DNA of 40,193 bases, taken from a virus. Of the stretch, positions 15,374-23,538 are shown one piece after another. Numbering within the stretch: the stretch's first letter is position 1; every line of letters begins with the position of its first letter. Below the pieces are notes generated by a model, which was not told where the DNA came from, searched no databases, and saw only the letters and a list, made by a program, of their open reading frames with translations. The stretch lies in UHGV virus genome UHGV-1364435, one strand, 5' to 3'. The position numbers and the translations under genes are program-made.

Positions 15374-15403
15374 TTGCAATCCCGATTTATCTGGACATAT
15401 TAT
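15374..15403 (+). promoter_or_regulatory. candidate early rightward promoter TTGCAA-N18-TATTAT
   Basis: -35 at 15374-15379 and -10 at 15398-15403. It lies 45 nt upstream of the first plus-strand gene. GCAACCAAC occurs in the leader. Confidence 0.45.
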
Positions 15404-15447
15404 TACATCGCCGAAACGCAACCAACTTAACTAAACGAGGATTTACC

Positions 15448-15927
15448 ATGATTGAGAAATTTTACGCACTGCTCGAGCGCTTTGTTATTGCCCATGAGCT
15501 GATCGCCGCTGCGGCCTCAAAAACCGGAAACGGTGCAACCGCAGACAAGCCGGCAGCGGATAAAGAAGACGCCCCAGCAAAAACCACCCGCGGCCGCAAG
15601 CCGGCAGCGAAGAAAGAAGAACCGGAAGACGACGAGCCGGAAGAGAAGACTACCACCAAAAAACGCGGCGGCAAAACCGAAGCGCCGGCCAAAACCACCC
15701 GCGGTAAGAAAGGCACCGACAAGCGCGCTGCGATCGGCGAAATGGCAAAAGCTGCCGTAGAAGGCGACGGCCTGGACGATGACGACGCCGACGCACTGGT
15801 GGATAAGTTCGACGACCTGCTGGAAGACTTTGAAGTTAAGAACGTCAAAGAGCTGGACGACGACCAGGTGGACGAATTCCACGACGCGCTTAAAGAGCTG
15901 ATCGAAGAATTCTACGACGCTGAATAA
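15448..15927 (+). CDS. low-complexity basic/acidic protein (159 aa): histone-H1-like basic repeats plus strongly acidic C-terminal domain
   Basis: GAGGA RBS. The repeats APAKTTRGRKPAAKK / APAKTTRGKKG lie in the middle. The last 60 residues are rich in D/E (GDGLDDDDADALVDKFDDLLEDFE...EEFYDAE). It is the first gene of the early operon. Confidence 0.65.
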   Translation: MIEKFYALLERFVIAHELIAAAASKTGNGATADKPAADKEDAPAKTTRGRKPAAKKEEPEDDEPEEKTTTKKRGGKTEAPAKTTRGKKGTDKRAAIGEMAKAAVEGDGLDDDDADALVDKFDDLLEDFEVKNVKELDDDQVDEFHDALKELIEEFYDAE

Positions 15928-15934
15928 CTGACCC

Positions 15935-15958
15935 GCCCCGGCGCTCCGGGGCTTTTAA
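15935..15958 (+). terminator. short intrinsic terminator / attenuator
   Basis: GCCCCGG cgct CCGGGGC followed by TTTT. It lies between the first and second early genes. Confidence 0.45.
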
Positions 15959-15974
15959 CCAGGAGTAAACCGTT

Positions 15975-16673
15975 ATGCGCCTTACCAAAGACGTTAAAGA
16001 AGTGCTGATCACCAATTTGCTTAAACAATCGCCACTCGGACTGCGAGCCATTGCGTGCATGGAAGAGCGCCGCGACATTGTGAATACCGTGCGCCTGCTG
16101 TGCCTGGCCGCCGAGAAGACGAGCGATTTAGCAATCCGCGATTTCCGTAACAAGATTGAAAACCTGAGCGACGTCTTGGGTAACAAGTTTATGTCCGCGA
16201 GAGTTGCCGCGGTCGAAGTCGTTGAAACGAAGTATCACTCGCTCGAGCTATCTTTCGCTGTCGGCGGCGAGCAACACATCCGCCATATTGACGGGCACGA
16301 TCGGGAGTATGTCAACGGCCACGGCTCCAGCTATCTGTGGGAAACGCCTTTCTTTGGTCACTGGCTGCGCAGCGACTACCCCTTCGAGGGTACTGGGTAC
16401 TTCATCCCCTATACCCAAGTTCTGCTACCGGCTGACCCGGCATTGCAGGCGCGCATCGCCCACAATGCCGCCGAATACAGCAAATTATTCGACGAGGTCC
16501 TCGCCTGGCGCGCAACCATGCGGGCCAACCTGGCGGCGGTTAATACCTCCGAGAAGCTGCGCGAGCAATGGCCGGAAGCATTCCCATTCTTACCGGCGCA
16601 GGCAAAAACGCAGACGGCAGCGATCGCGCTGTCACCTGAAACCCTTAACGCTTTATGTGGGCTGCCGAAATGA
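15975..16673 (+). CDS. hypothetical protein (232 aa)
   Basis: Strong RBS AGGAGTAAACCGTT ATG. No recognisable motif. Confidence 0.65.
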   Translation: MRLTKDVKEVLITNLLKQSPLGLRAIACMEERRDIVNTVRLLCLAAEKTSDLAIRDFRNKIENLSDVLGNKFMSARVAAVEVVETKYHSLELSFAVGGEQHIRHIDGHDREYVNGHGSSYLWETPFFGHWLRSDYPFEGTGYFIPYTQVLLPADPALQARIAHNAAEYSKLFDEVLAWRATMRANLAAVNTSEKLREQWPEAFPFLPAQAKTQTAAIALSPETLNALCGLPK

Positions 16674-16930
16674 AATATACCCTTATGAAAGGCCGCGACT
16701 CCCGCGACAACGTGATCGCCTTCTGGCTCCTGCGCACCGACGGCGAAACGAAAGAATGCGCATATCTTGGCAAATGCCCGCCGCCGGGTAACCGTGGCGC
16801 GCAGGCCGCCCGCATTAAGCAGGTGACCATGGTTAAGCCTGATTTTTATGTCTTTGAGGACCAGTCGATGTTTGCGCGTCACTGCGACTATGCGTCGGCG
16901 TCACTGGTCGCAACCTGGGAGGCTCTATGA
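16670..16930 (+). CDS. hypothetical protein (86 aa)
   Basis: ATGA overlap with the upstream gene (MKYTLMKGRDS...). The track ORF uses an upstream alternative start. Confidence 0.5.
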   Translation: MKYTLMKGRDSRDNVIAFWLLRTDGETKECAYLGKCPPPGNRGAQAARIKQVTMVKPDFYVFEDQSMFARHCDYASASLVATWEAL

Positions 16931-16961
16931 GTGACTTAACGGCAGCACAAGGGGTCGACAA

Positions 16962-17165
16962 ATGCTGAAGCCTAATCACGTTTATATTGAGGTATCACAT
17001 AACCAGAGTGGCGGGCTATCTCTTTGTGTCAGCAATGACGACTATGGCTCTCGTATTTCAGGCGACAAAGTTGGCGGGTGCAAAACCCTGGCGCGCTTTG
17101 AGGTCGACGCCGGCGAGCTTATCGAACAAATCCGCGAGCATGCGAACACAGAGGGGGCCAAATGA
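16962..17165 (+). CDS. hypothetical protein (67 aa)
   Basis: RBS AAGGGG. The stop overlaps the next gene's start (ATGA). Confidence 0.45.
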   Translation: MLKPNHVYIEVSHNQSGGLSLCVSNDDYGSRISGDKVGGCKTLARFEVDAGELIEQIREHANTEGAK

Positions 17166-18481
17166 TCAATGCAAGCGGCAGCAATCATGAGCACGCCTTG
17201 CTGTCTCCGTCCGGGTCTAAAAAATGGCTGGGGTGCTCTGCATCCCTGCTGTGCGAGAAGGACATCCAGAACGAAAGCGGCCAGGCGGCCATTAACGGGA
17301 CCGCGATGCACGCGGTATCCGAGGACCTTTTAAACCGGCACATTAAAGGCGAGACCACGGTAACAGCGGCGCATTACAAGGGCGTTTACGTCCTGAATGA
17401 AGGCAAAGGCCCTATTAAGGCGGTGGCCGGCAAGCCGCCCGCCGGCGCGGTACTCATCAACGATGAATTCGTGACGATGGTCGAGCGCTACACCGATTAT
17501 GCGCTCGGGGTCATCTCATCCGCTGAGTACGTAAAAATTGAAATGCGGGCCGAGCTGACTAAGTTACTCCACCCGGGCTATCTGGCTAATTTTGCTGACG
17601 AGCGCACCGGAGAGATCCAAGTTAAGACCTTCGGCACTGCGGACCTGGTTGCCGTAATCCCGCGCACCGACGGGTCGTTTATGCTGCTGGTCGGTGACCT
17701 GAAAACCGGCCGGCATGCGGTCGACGCGAAAGAGAACAAGCAGCTGATGCTGTACGCGCTGGCTATCCTGGCGAAGCTGCAGCGCTTGTATAACATCACG
17801 CTGGTGCGCCTGGCGATATTCCAGCCTTATTGCGGGGGCCCGTCAGAATGGGACATCACGCCTGAGGGACTGGACATCTTCCGCAAGTTCGCCAGCAAGC
17901 GCGCGATCGAGGCGCTCGACGTCTACTACGGCGGTAAGAAAAATCTTAAGGCCAGCCATTTCAAGCCGTCGGCAGACGCATGCCAGTGGTGCCGGTTCAA
18001 CGAGAAATGCAACGCCCGGACGAAGGCCGCTATCCAAACGGGCGGCACTACGGCGACGGATGCTGACCTGGGCGACGACAATCACGAAATGACGCCGGAG
18101 GAGCTGAAAGCGGCCTATGAAAAGCTGCCGGAGTTGCGCCAGCACATCGCCACGATCGAAAAGGCTATGCATGCGGCGCTGCTGTCCGGCGTTGCAGTGC
18201 CCGGCTATAAGCTGGTTACAGGTAACGAGGGCAATCGTAAATGGTCCGACGCCGCGAAGGTCACCGAAATGCTGGAGGGCGCCCGCATCAAGCGCGATAT
18301 GATGTTTAAAGAATCGCTGATCTCGCCTACCGACGCGGAGAAAGTCTTTAAGACCGAGAAGCCGCGGATCTGGCGACGTCTTGAAAAGCTGATCGAGCGC
18401 GCCCCTGGCAAGCCAACAATTGCGGCAGCGGACGACCCGCGCGCCGAGTGGAAACAGGCATCCGATGAGGATTTATCATGA
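17162..18481 (+). CDS. DUF2800-family PD-(D/E)XK (Cas4/RecB-like) nuclease
   Basis: The N-terminal HALLSPSGS..W..C signature suggests DUF2800. The C-terminal cysteine cluster is CQWCRF..C. In the classic arrangement it sits upstream of DUF2815 and a family-A DNA polymerase. Confidence 0.75.
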   Translation: MINASGSNHEHALLSPSGSKKWLGCSASLLCEKDIQNESGQAAINGTAMHAVSEDLLNRHIKGETTVTAAHYKGVYVLNEGKGPIKAVAGKPPAGAVLINDEFVTMVERYTDYALGVISSAEYVKIEMRAELTKLLHPGYLANFADERTGEIQVKTFGTADLVAVIPRTDGSFMLLVGDLKTGRHAVDAKENKQLMLYALAILAKLQRLYNITLVRLAIFQPYCGGPSEWDITPEGLDIFRKFASKRAIEALDVYYGGKKNLKASHFKPSADACQWCRFNEKCNARTKAAIQTGGTTATDADLGDDNHEMTPEELKAAYEKLPELRQHIATIEKAMHAALLSGVAVPGYKLVTGNEGNRKWSDAAKVTEMLEGARIKRDMMFKESLISPTDAEKVFKTEKPRIWRRLEKLIERAPGKPTIAAADDPRAEWKQASDEDLS

Positions 18482-18684
18482 TTATTAAACTGTTTGAGTT
18501 TGTCGGCCTTGTGCTCGCATGGGCGTTCCATTGTCTGGCAATAAGCCCCGTCGTTTTGCTGGCGCTGGTCATCATGCTAATTCAGCCTTTGATTAGCGAT
18601 GAACGCCTGGACGCTATCGGCGAATGGGGCTGGCCGGATAAATACGAGGCCTTTATTACGAAAATAACTGGCGTAAAAGTTTGA
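18478..18684 (+). CDS. small membrane protein (68 aa, two hydrophobic helices)
   Basis: ATGA overlap with the DUF2800 gene. MIIKLFEFVGLVLAWAFHCLAISPVVLLALVIMLIQPLI. Confidence 0.45.
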   Translation: MIIKLFEFVGLVLAWAFHCLAISPVVLLALVIMLIQPLISDERLDAIGEWGWPDKYEAFITKITGVKV

Positions 18685-18709
18685 CATCTGCAACCAACTA
18701 AATTAACGT
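18681..18709 (+). promoter_or_regulatory. possible internal promoter TTGACA-N17-TAACGT containing GCAACCAAC
   Basis: Consensus -35 and a weak -10. It lies upstream of the DUF2815 gene. Confidence 0.25.
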
Positions 18710-18763
18710 ATTCATACCGGCCCGGCGGTTTCCGGGAGAAACGCAGAAAGTGAGAAACGAAAA

Positions 18764-19522
18764 ATGGGAATCAAGGTAAATCTGAAAAATGTACGCATCG
18801 CATGGTTCTACGGCACCGAGAAAGCGAAAGCGCAGAATGACGGCGAAAAGGATGCTTATCGCGTCGAAATTCTGGTAGATAAGGACGATCACAAAAATAT
18901 CGCCAAGCTGGACGAAGCGGCTTTAGCGGTAATGACGGAAGCGCTTAAATCGGAAAAGGCTGCCGAAAAGTGGCTTAAACGTGAAAGCGGCCTCGAAGGC
19001 AATATCTCCAAAGATTGCGCCATCAAAGACGGCGACGAGCGCGACACGGAAGATGAAAACTACGAGCACAAAATCTGGATCCGTGCCAAGTCGTATAAGC
19101 AGCCCCGCATCTTGACTGACCTGGGCGAAGAAACACGCGATGGTGAAGAAGACCTCGAAGGGAACGACCTGGAAGGTAAAGTCCCATACGGCGGCTGCTT
19201 CGCCAACGTATCGATCGAATTGTGGGGCCAGAATAACGACAAAGGCAAAGGTCTGCGCTGTAACTGGCTCGGCGTGAAATTCGTCGAAGATGGTGAAGCG
19301 TTCGGCGGCGGTGGCTCCAGCGAGCGCGCCAACGACGACGACCTGGATGACGAGGATGAAGACGACGCACCGCGTCGCGGCAAGTCCAAGCCGAAACCGT
19401 CCCGCCGCTCACGTGACGAGGATGAAGACGAAGAGGACGAAAAACCTCGCCGTCGACGTTCTCGCGATGAGGACGACGAAGACGAGGAAGAAGAAGAGCG
19501 ACCGCGCCGCCGTCGCCGCTAA
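18764..19522 (+). CDS. DUF2815-family protein (putative ssDNA-binding protein) with acidic/arginine-rich C-terminal tail
   Basis: The N-terminus MGIKVNLKNVRIAWFYGTEK is typical of DUF2815. The C-terminal tail is D/E-rich with RRRR runs. It lies between the DUF2800 and DNA polymerase genes. Confidence 0.7.
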   Translation: MGIKVNLKNVRIAWFYGTEKAKAQNDGEKDAYRVEILVDKDDHKNIAKLDEAALAVMTEALKSEKAAEKWLKRESGLEGNISKDCAIKDGDERDTEDENYEHKIWIRAKSYKQPRILTDLGEETRDGEEDLEGNDLEGKVPYGGCFANVSIELWGQNNDKGKGLRCNWLGVKFVEDGEAFGGGGSSERANDDDLDDEDEDDAPRRGKSKPKPSRRSRDEDEDEEDEKPRRRRSRDEDDEDEEEEERPRRRRR

Positions 19523-19527
19523 AATCA

Positions 19528-19551
19528 AGGCCCGCGAAAGCGGGCTTTTTC
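19528..19551 (+). terminator. intrinsic terminator after DUF2815 gene
   Basis: GGCCCGC gaaa GCGGGCC-like stem (19529-19545) followed by TTTTT. Confidence 0.7.
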
Positions 19552-19569
19552 ATATCCGGAGCGTGAACC

Positions 19570-19758
19570 ATGTATAAACATAACCGAAACCGCCCCCATG
19601 AGACGCGGATCCCCGTCGGGCTGCCGCTGGACGTCGAGGACGCCGGCGAGTATTTAACCCTTCGTCTCGGACGCAAAATGTACCTGCGAATTGTGGATAC
19701 CGAGGAACAAGCCCGCCGGCGCAAAGCAATGACGGCAACCGACGAGGACCTGGAATGA
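19570..19758 (+). CDS. hypothetical protein (62 aa)
   Basis: GGAG RBS. ATGA overlap with the DNA polymerase start. Confidence 0.4.
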   Translation: MYKHNRNRPHETRIPVGLPLDVEDAGEYLTLRLGRKMYLRIVDTEEQARRRKAMTATDEDLE

Positions 19759-21941
19759 AGTTCGATAACCTTTTTCTCGACACTGAAACATTCAGCGCCT
19801 GCGACCTGAAAAAATGCGGGTCTTATGCCTATGCTGAACACCCGTCCACTGAAATCATGATAACCACCTTCGCTATTGACGACGGCCCGGTTATGGAGTG
19901 GGATGCAACGGCAGATCCTCGGATGCCGCGGGTATTGCGCCGGGCGCTGCGCGAGGTATGCAAGAAGAATACGAAGAGCCGGATTGTTATGCAAAACGGC
20001 CTTTTGTTCGATCGCCTGCTCATGCGTCACTGCTGGGGGATTGAGATCCCGGTAAAAAATATCATCGACACGATGATCTGCGCCTACCGGCTATCACTCC
20101 CAGGCTCCCTGGACGCGCTGTGCCGCGTTCTGGAGATATCCGAGGACTTAGCCAAGGATAAAGCCGGTAAAGCGCTGATACAGCGATTCTGTAAGCCTAC
20201 GCCGAAAAATTACAAGATCCGCCGCTACACCCGTGAAACGCATCCGGAAGAGTGGCGCCGTTTTCTGAAATACGCCCGCAGCGACATATCGTCAATGCGT
20301 GAGGTGTTTTACACGCTGCCGACGTGGGGCGACACCGAGAAAGAAAACGAGATACTCGCCATTGACCAGGCGATCAATGACCGCGGCTTTTACGTCGACA
20401 TAGCCCTGGCCGAGTCCGCCGTCGCCGCGGTGAAACAGCACAAGCTGGACCTGCAGCGCGAGGCGATGGCGAAATACGGCGGCAGCTTAACCGGAAAGGA
20501 CTTCCTGCCTATCCTGCGAGACCTGGCGCCGGCGTTCGAGATACCCAACGCGCAGAAGGCGACCCTGGGCGATTTACTCGAGGATGAAGACCTGCCCGAC
20601 GCCGCCCGGGCACTTATCGAGATGCGCCTCGGCGCTGCGTCTACCGCCTCCACCAAGTACGACCCGCTGCTGCGCGGCTTATCCAGCGACGGCCGGCGCC
20701 GCGGCTGTTTGCAATATGGCGGCGCGAAAAGGACGCTGCGATGGGCGGGTAAAGGCTTCCAGCCGCAGAACCTGGCGCGCGGGCACTACGAAGGCGAAGA
20801 CCTCGATTACGGGATCCGTTGTCTTAAGCGCAACCGCATTACTAAGGCTTTCGACATCGCCAAGCTAACGGCAACCACCGTGCGCGGGTGCATTATTGCG
20901 GCGCCCGGATGCAAGCTGGTTGTTGCCGACTACTCGAACGTCGAAGGGCGCGGCCTGGCGTGGATATCCGGCGAAGAGGCGACGCTTAACGTTTTCCGGG
21001 CAGGTACGGACCTGTATAAGACGCTCGCAGCTACCGTGTTCTGCGTGTCGTATGACGATGTGTCGAAGGACCAGCGCCAGATTGCAAAGGCTATGATCCT
21101 CGGGCTGGGTTACGGCGGCGGCGTGGCGGCATTCCTGACATTTGCCAAAAATCTCGGGCTCGATCTCGACCGGCTGGCGCATGACCTGGCCGGAACTTTC
21201 CCCGACCATATCTGGAAGGCGGCGCGCCGCGGCTGGGAGTTCGCCCGCATCCAGGAGAAGAACAAGCGCGCGCCGAAGGGCAAGAAGGCCGAGCGGCCGT
21301 CGTATGACCTGCCGAAAAAAGTGTGGCTGACCTGCGATGCATTGAAACGCATGTACCGCGAGGCTAACCCGAACATCGTTAATTTCTGGGCCGAGCTGGA
21401 AGCGGCAGCATTGAGCGCGATCCGTAATCCGGGCCGTTCGTTTTGGGCCGGCGCCCGGGTGCGTGAGAATGGCGACAAGGCCGTTAAGTTCACCCGCACC
21501 GTGAAAAATGGTAACCCAGGCTGGTGGCTTAAGGTTGAGCTGCCGTCTGGTCGTATCCTGTCATATCCGGGGATCGGCCTGTCGATCGAGAAAGAGGAAG
21601 ACGAGGATACCGGCGAGATCCGCACGCGTACCCGTATCAAATACCAGGGGGAGAACCAGACGACGCGCCAGTGGGGCTGGCAATATACCTATGGAGGCAA
21701 GCTGGCGGAAAACATCGTACAGGCCCTTTGTCGTGACCTGCTGGCCTGGTCAATGCCCGGCGTCGAGGCCGCCGGGTATAAGATTATTCTGTCTGTGCAT
21801 GATGAACTTTTAACCGAAGTTCCCGACACGCCGGAGTATACCGTTAAGGACCTGGAGCGCCTTATGTGCGTGCTGCCGGCATGGGCTAAAGACTTCCCAT
21901 TGAGCGCTGAGGGTTGGGAAGGAAAAAGGTATAAAAAATAA
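19755..21941 (+). CDS. DNA polymerase, family A (Pol I-like) with N-terminal 3'-5' exonuclease domain
   Basis: Exo I motif FLDTETFS. Polymerase motif B RQIAKAMILGLGYGGG and motif C ILSVHDELLTEV. Confidence 0.9.
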   Translation: MKFDNLFLDTETFSACDLKKCGSYAYAEHPSTEIMITTFAIDDGPVMEWDATADPRMPRVLRRALREVCKKNTKSRIVMQNGLLFDRLLMRHCWGIEIPVKNIIDTMICAYRLSLPGSLDALCRVLEISEDLAKDKAGKALIQRFCKPTPKNYKIRRYTRETHPEEWRRFLKYARSDISSMREVFYTLPTWGDTEKENEILAIDQAINDRGFYVDIALAESAVAAVKQHKLDLQREAMAKYGGSLTGKDFLPILRDLAPAFEIPNAQKATLGDLLEDEDLPDAARALIEMRLGAASTASTKYDPLLRGLSSDGRRRGCLQYGGAKRTLRWAGKGFQPQNLARGHYEGEDLDYGIRCLKRNRITKAFDIAKLTATTVRGCIIAAPGCKLVVADYSNVEGRGLAWISGEEATLNVFRAGTDLYKTLAATVFCVSYDDVSKDQRQIAKAMILGLGYGGGVAAFLTFAKNLGLDLDRLAHDLAGTFPDHIWKAARRGWEFARIQEKNKRAPKGKKAERPSYDLPKKVWLTCDALKRMYREANPNIVNFWAELEAAALSAIRNPGRSFWAGARVRENGDKAVKFTRTVKNGNPGWWLKVELPSGRILSYPGIGLSIEKEEDEDTGEIRTRTRIKYQGENQTTRQWGWQYTYGGKLAENIVQALCRDLLAWSMPGVEAAGYKIILSVHDELLTEVPDTPEYTVKDLERLMCVLPAWAKDFPLSAEGWEGKRYKK

Positions 21942-22303
21942 TGACTTATAAAAAGATTCGAGTTGACGTATATAACGCGGACGTTTGGGTGGTTACCGAT
22001 CGTGAAAATGCTGAAAATATCGCCTGGCGTAAGCTGGGCCTCAGTGTCGCGGATGCCGATTTTGAAAGTAACGGATTCTGCGCATACAGTAAGGCCGGGG
22101 ATATGATCTGGCTCCCTCCGGGCGCATCATACGGCACTATAGCCCACGAATGCGCTCACGCCGCTATGAATATTTGTCACCGCCGCGGGATAATAATCGA
22201 TACCGGTAACCAGGAGCCTTTCACCTATTTAATCGGCTTTCTGGTTAATCGCGTAACAGATGCCGCTTTTGTTTTGTGGGGCGACCATGACGCCAGAGGG
22301 TAA
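21941..22303 (+). CDS. HExxH-motif protein (putative zinc metallopeptidase-like), 120 aa
   Basis: IAHECAHAAMNICHRRG. The start shares one base with the polymerase stop (TAATG). Confidence 0.55.
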   Translation: MTYKKIRVDVYNADVWVVTDRENAENIAWRKLGLSVADADFESNGFCAYSKAGDMIWLPPGASYGTIAHECAHAAMNICHRRGIIIDTGNQEPFTYLIGFLVNRVTDAAFVLWGDHDARG

Positions 22304-22577
22304 AGTACAGACTTATGCAATGGCCGAGTTTAAAAAACTCGGCGGCCTGGTAAGAAAAATCCGATACGAGGGGCGAAACGGGTGCCCCGATCTGCTGGTC
22401 ATACTGCCCGGTGGCCTGGTGGTGTTCGTGGAGGTGAAGAAAGACGAGCGCACGAGCCCCGACCCACACCAGGCGCGCGAGCATGAGCGAATGCGCAAGC
22501 GCGGCGCGATAGTCCGCACAATCGGCAGCATAGAACAGGTAAACGAATTGGTTGCAGAATTGCGCTATAGTGTTTAG
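22287..22577 (+). CDS. VRR-NUC domain nuclease
   Basis: ATG at 22287 (MTPEGKVQTYAMAEFKKLGG...). The PD-(D/E)XK signature is GCPDLLVILPGGLVVFVEVK. It overlaps the upstream gene by 17 nt. Confidence 0.65.
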   Translation: MTPEGKVQTYAMAEFKKLGGLVRKIRYEGRNGCPDLLVILPGGLVVFVEVKKDERTSPDPHQAREHERMRKRGAIVRTIGSIEQVNELVAELRYSV

Positions 22578-22604
22578 TATGTTGGTTGCTAAGGAGGATA
22601 TACC

Positions 22605-22868
22605 ATGCCTAAACCTAAATTGAGAAAGGCCGGCCGGGAGCTGGTAGAAAAATACGGGTCGCTGTCCGCGGCCCCGGATGAGGCGCTTGTTGCCGTCACC
22701 AAGCGCTGCAACGGCCCGTGCCGTAAGCGCAAGCCGTTAAGCGAGTTTCACCGTTACAGCGGACGCAGCGTGGACGGTTTCCGCGCAGTCTGCAAACAAT
22801 GCCGTCGGGAAGCCGAACGCGAGCGCCAGCGGATCAAGAGAAATCCGGTACAGGAAGAAACAGAATGA
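22605..22868 (+). CDS. zinc-ribbon-like protein (87 aa, CxxxC...CxxC)
   Basis: Strong RBS AAGGAGGATATACC ATG, immediately preceded by TATGTTGGTTGCTA. Cysteine pairs are CNGPC and CKQC. Basic. Confidence 0.55.
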   Translation: MPKPKLRKAGRELVEKYGSLSAAPDEALVAVTKRCNGPCRKRKPLSEFHRYSGRSVDGFRAVCKQCRREAERERQRIKRNPVQEETE

Positions 22869-23044
22869 GAGTTTTAGCGGGAGCAATCAAACGTGGCGAC
22901 GTGCTACAGGTTGGTGATGTTCTGGAAACTGTTTTCGATGCCTTCCGGTCACTTGACGCGCAGAAACAGGAGATCCGCGTTATCCAGTTCGAAAGCGGGA
23001 CAGTTATGATCCTGGAATATTCCGATATCGTGGAGCGCGTATGA
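22865..23044 (+). CDS. hypothetical protein (59 aa)
   Basis: ATGA overlaps at both ends (MRVLAGAIKRGDV...). Confidence 0.4.
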   Translation: MRVLAGAIKRGDVLQVGDVLETVFDAFRSLDAQKQEIRVIQFESGTVMILEYSDIVERV

Positions 23045-23538
23045 AAAAACAGATAAATCTGGATCGCATAAAGAGACTGCTTACGTACGACCCGGGAACA
23101 GGTATTTTTACCCGGCTGGTCTCTGTCAAAGGCCGAAACGCTGGCGACATTGCCGGGTGTCTGTCAGACCGCGGATATGTAAATATCGTTGTTGATGGCG
23201 TGCGATTGAAAGGTCATCGTCTCGCGTGGGCTTTTGTCCACGGATTCTATCCAGAATTCGAGATCGACCACAAAGACCGCAATCGGTCTAATAACGCCAT
23301 TGACAATTTAAGACCTGCGACTCGAAGTCAGCAGATAGTAAATCGCGATACTTCCGCCAGGAATACGAGTGGGGCGAAGGGTGTCTATATGTTGCCGTCT
23401 GGACGCTGGCGAGCTCGAATTTGTAAGGGCCGGAATTATATCCATCTTGGTTATTTCGACTCCATGGCAGAGGCTGAATCAGTTTACAAAAAAGCCGCTT
23501 CTGAATTGTTCGGGGAGTTCGCCGATGTCACGATTTAA
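23041..23538 (+). CDS. HNH homing endonuclease with C-terminal AP2-like domain
   Basis: HNH_3-type motifs GYV.I...G....HRLAW...G......IDHKDRNRSNNAIDNLR, then an AP2-like GVYMLPSGRWRARICKGRNYIHLGYFDSMAEAESVYKKAA. Confidence 0.8.
   Translation: MKKQINLDRIKRLLTYDPGTGIFTRLVSVKGRNAGDIAGCLSDRGYVNIVVDGVRLKGHRLAWAFVHGFYPEFEIDHKDRNRSNNAIDNLRPATRSQQIVNRDTSARNTSGAKGVYMLPSGRWRARICKGRNYIHLGYFDSMAEAESVYKKAASELFGEFADVTI

Noticed and set aside
19023-20030. 335-aa minus-strand ORF overlapping the DUF2815 and DNA polymerase genes
   Set aside because: It is arginine-rich antisense of the acidic DUF2815 tail and of the polymerase exonuclease domain, and carries no signals.
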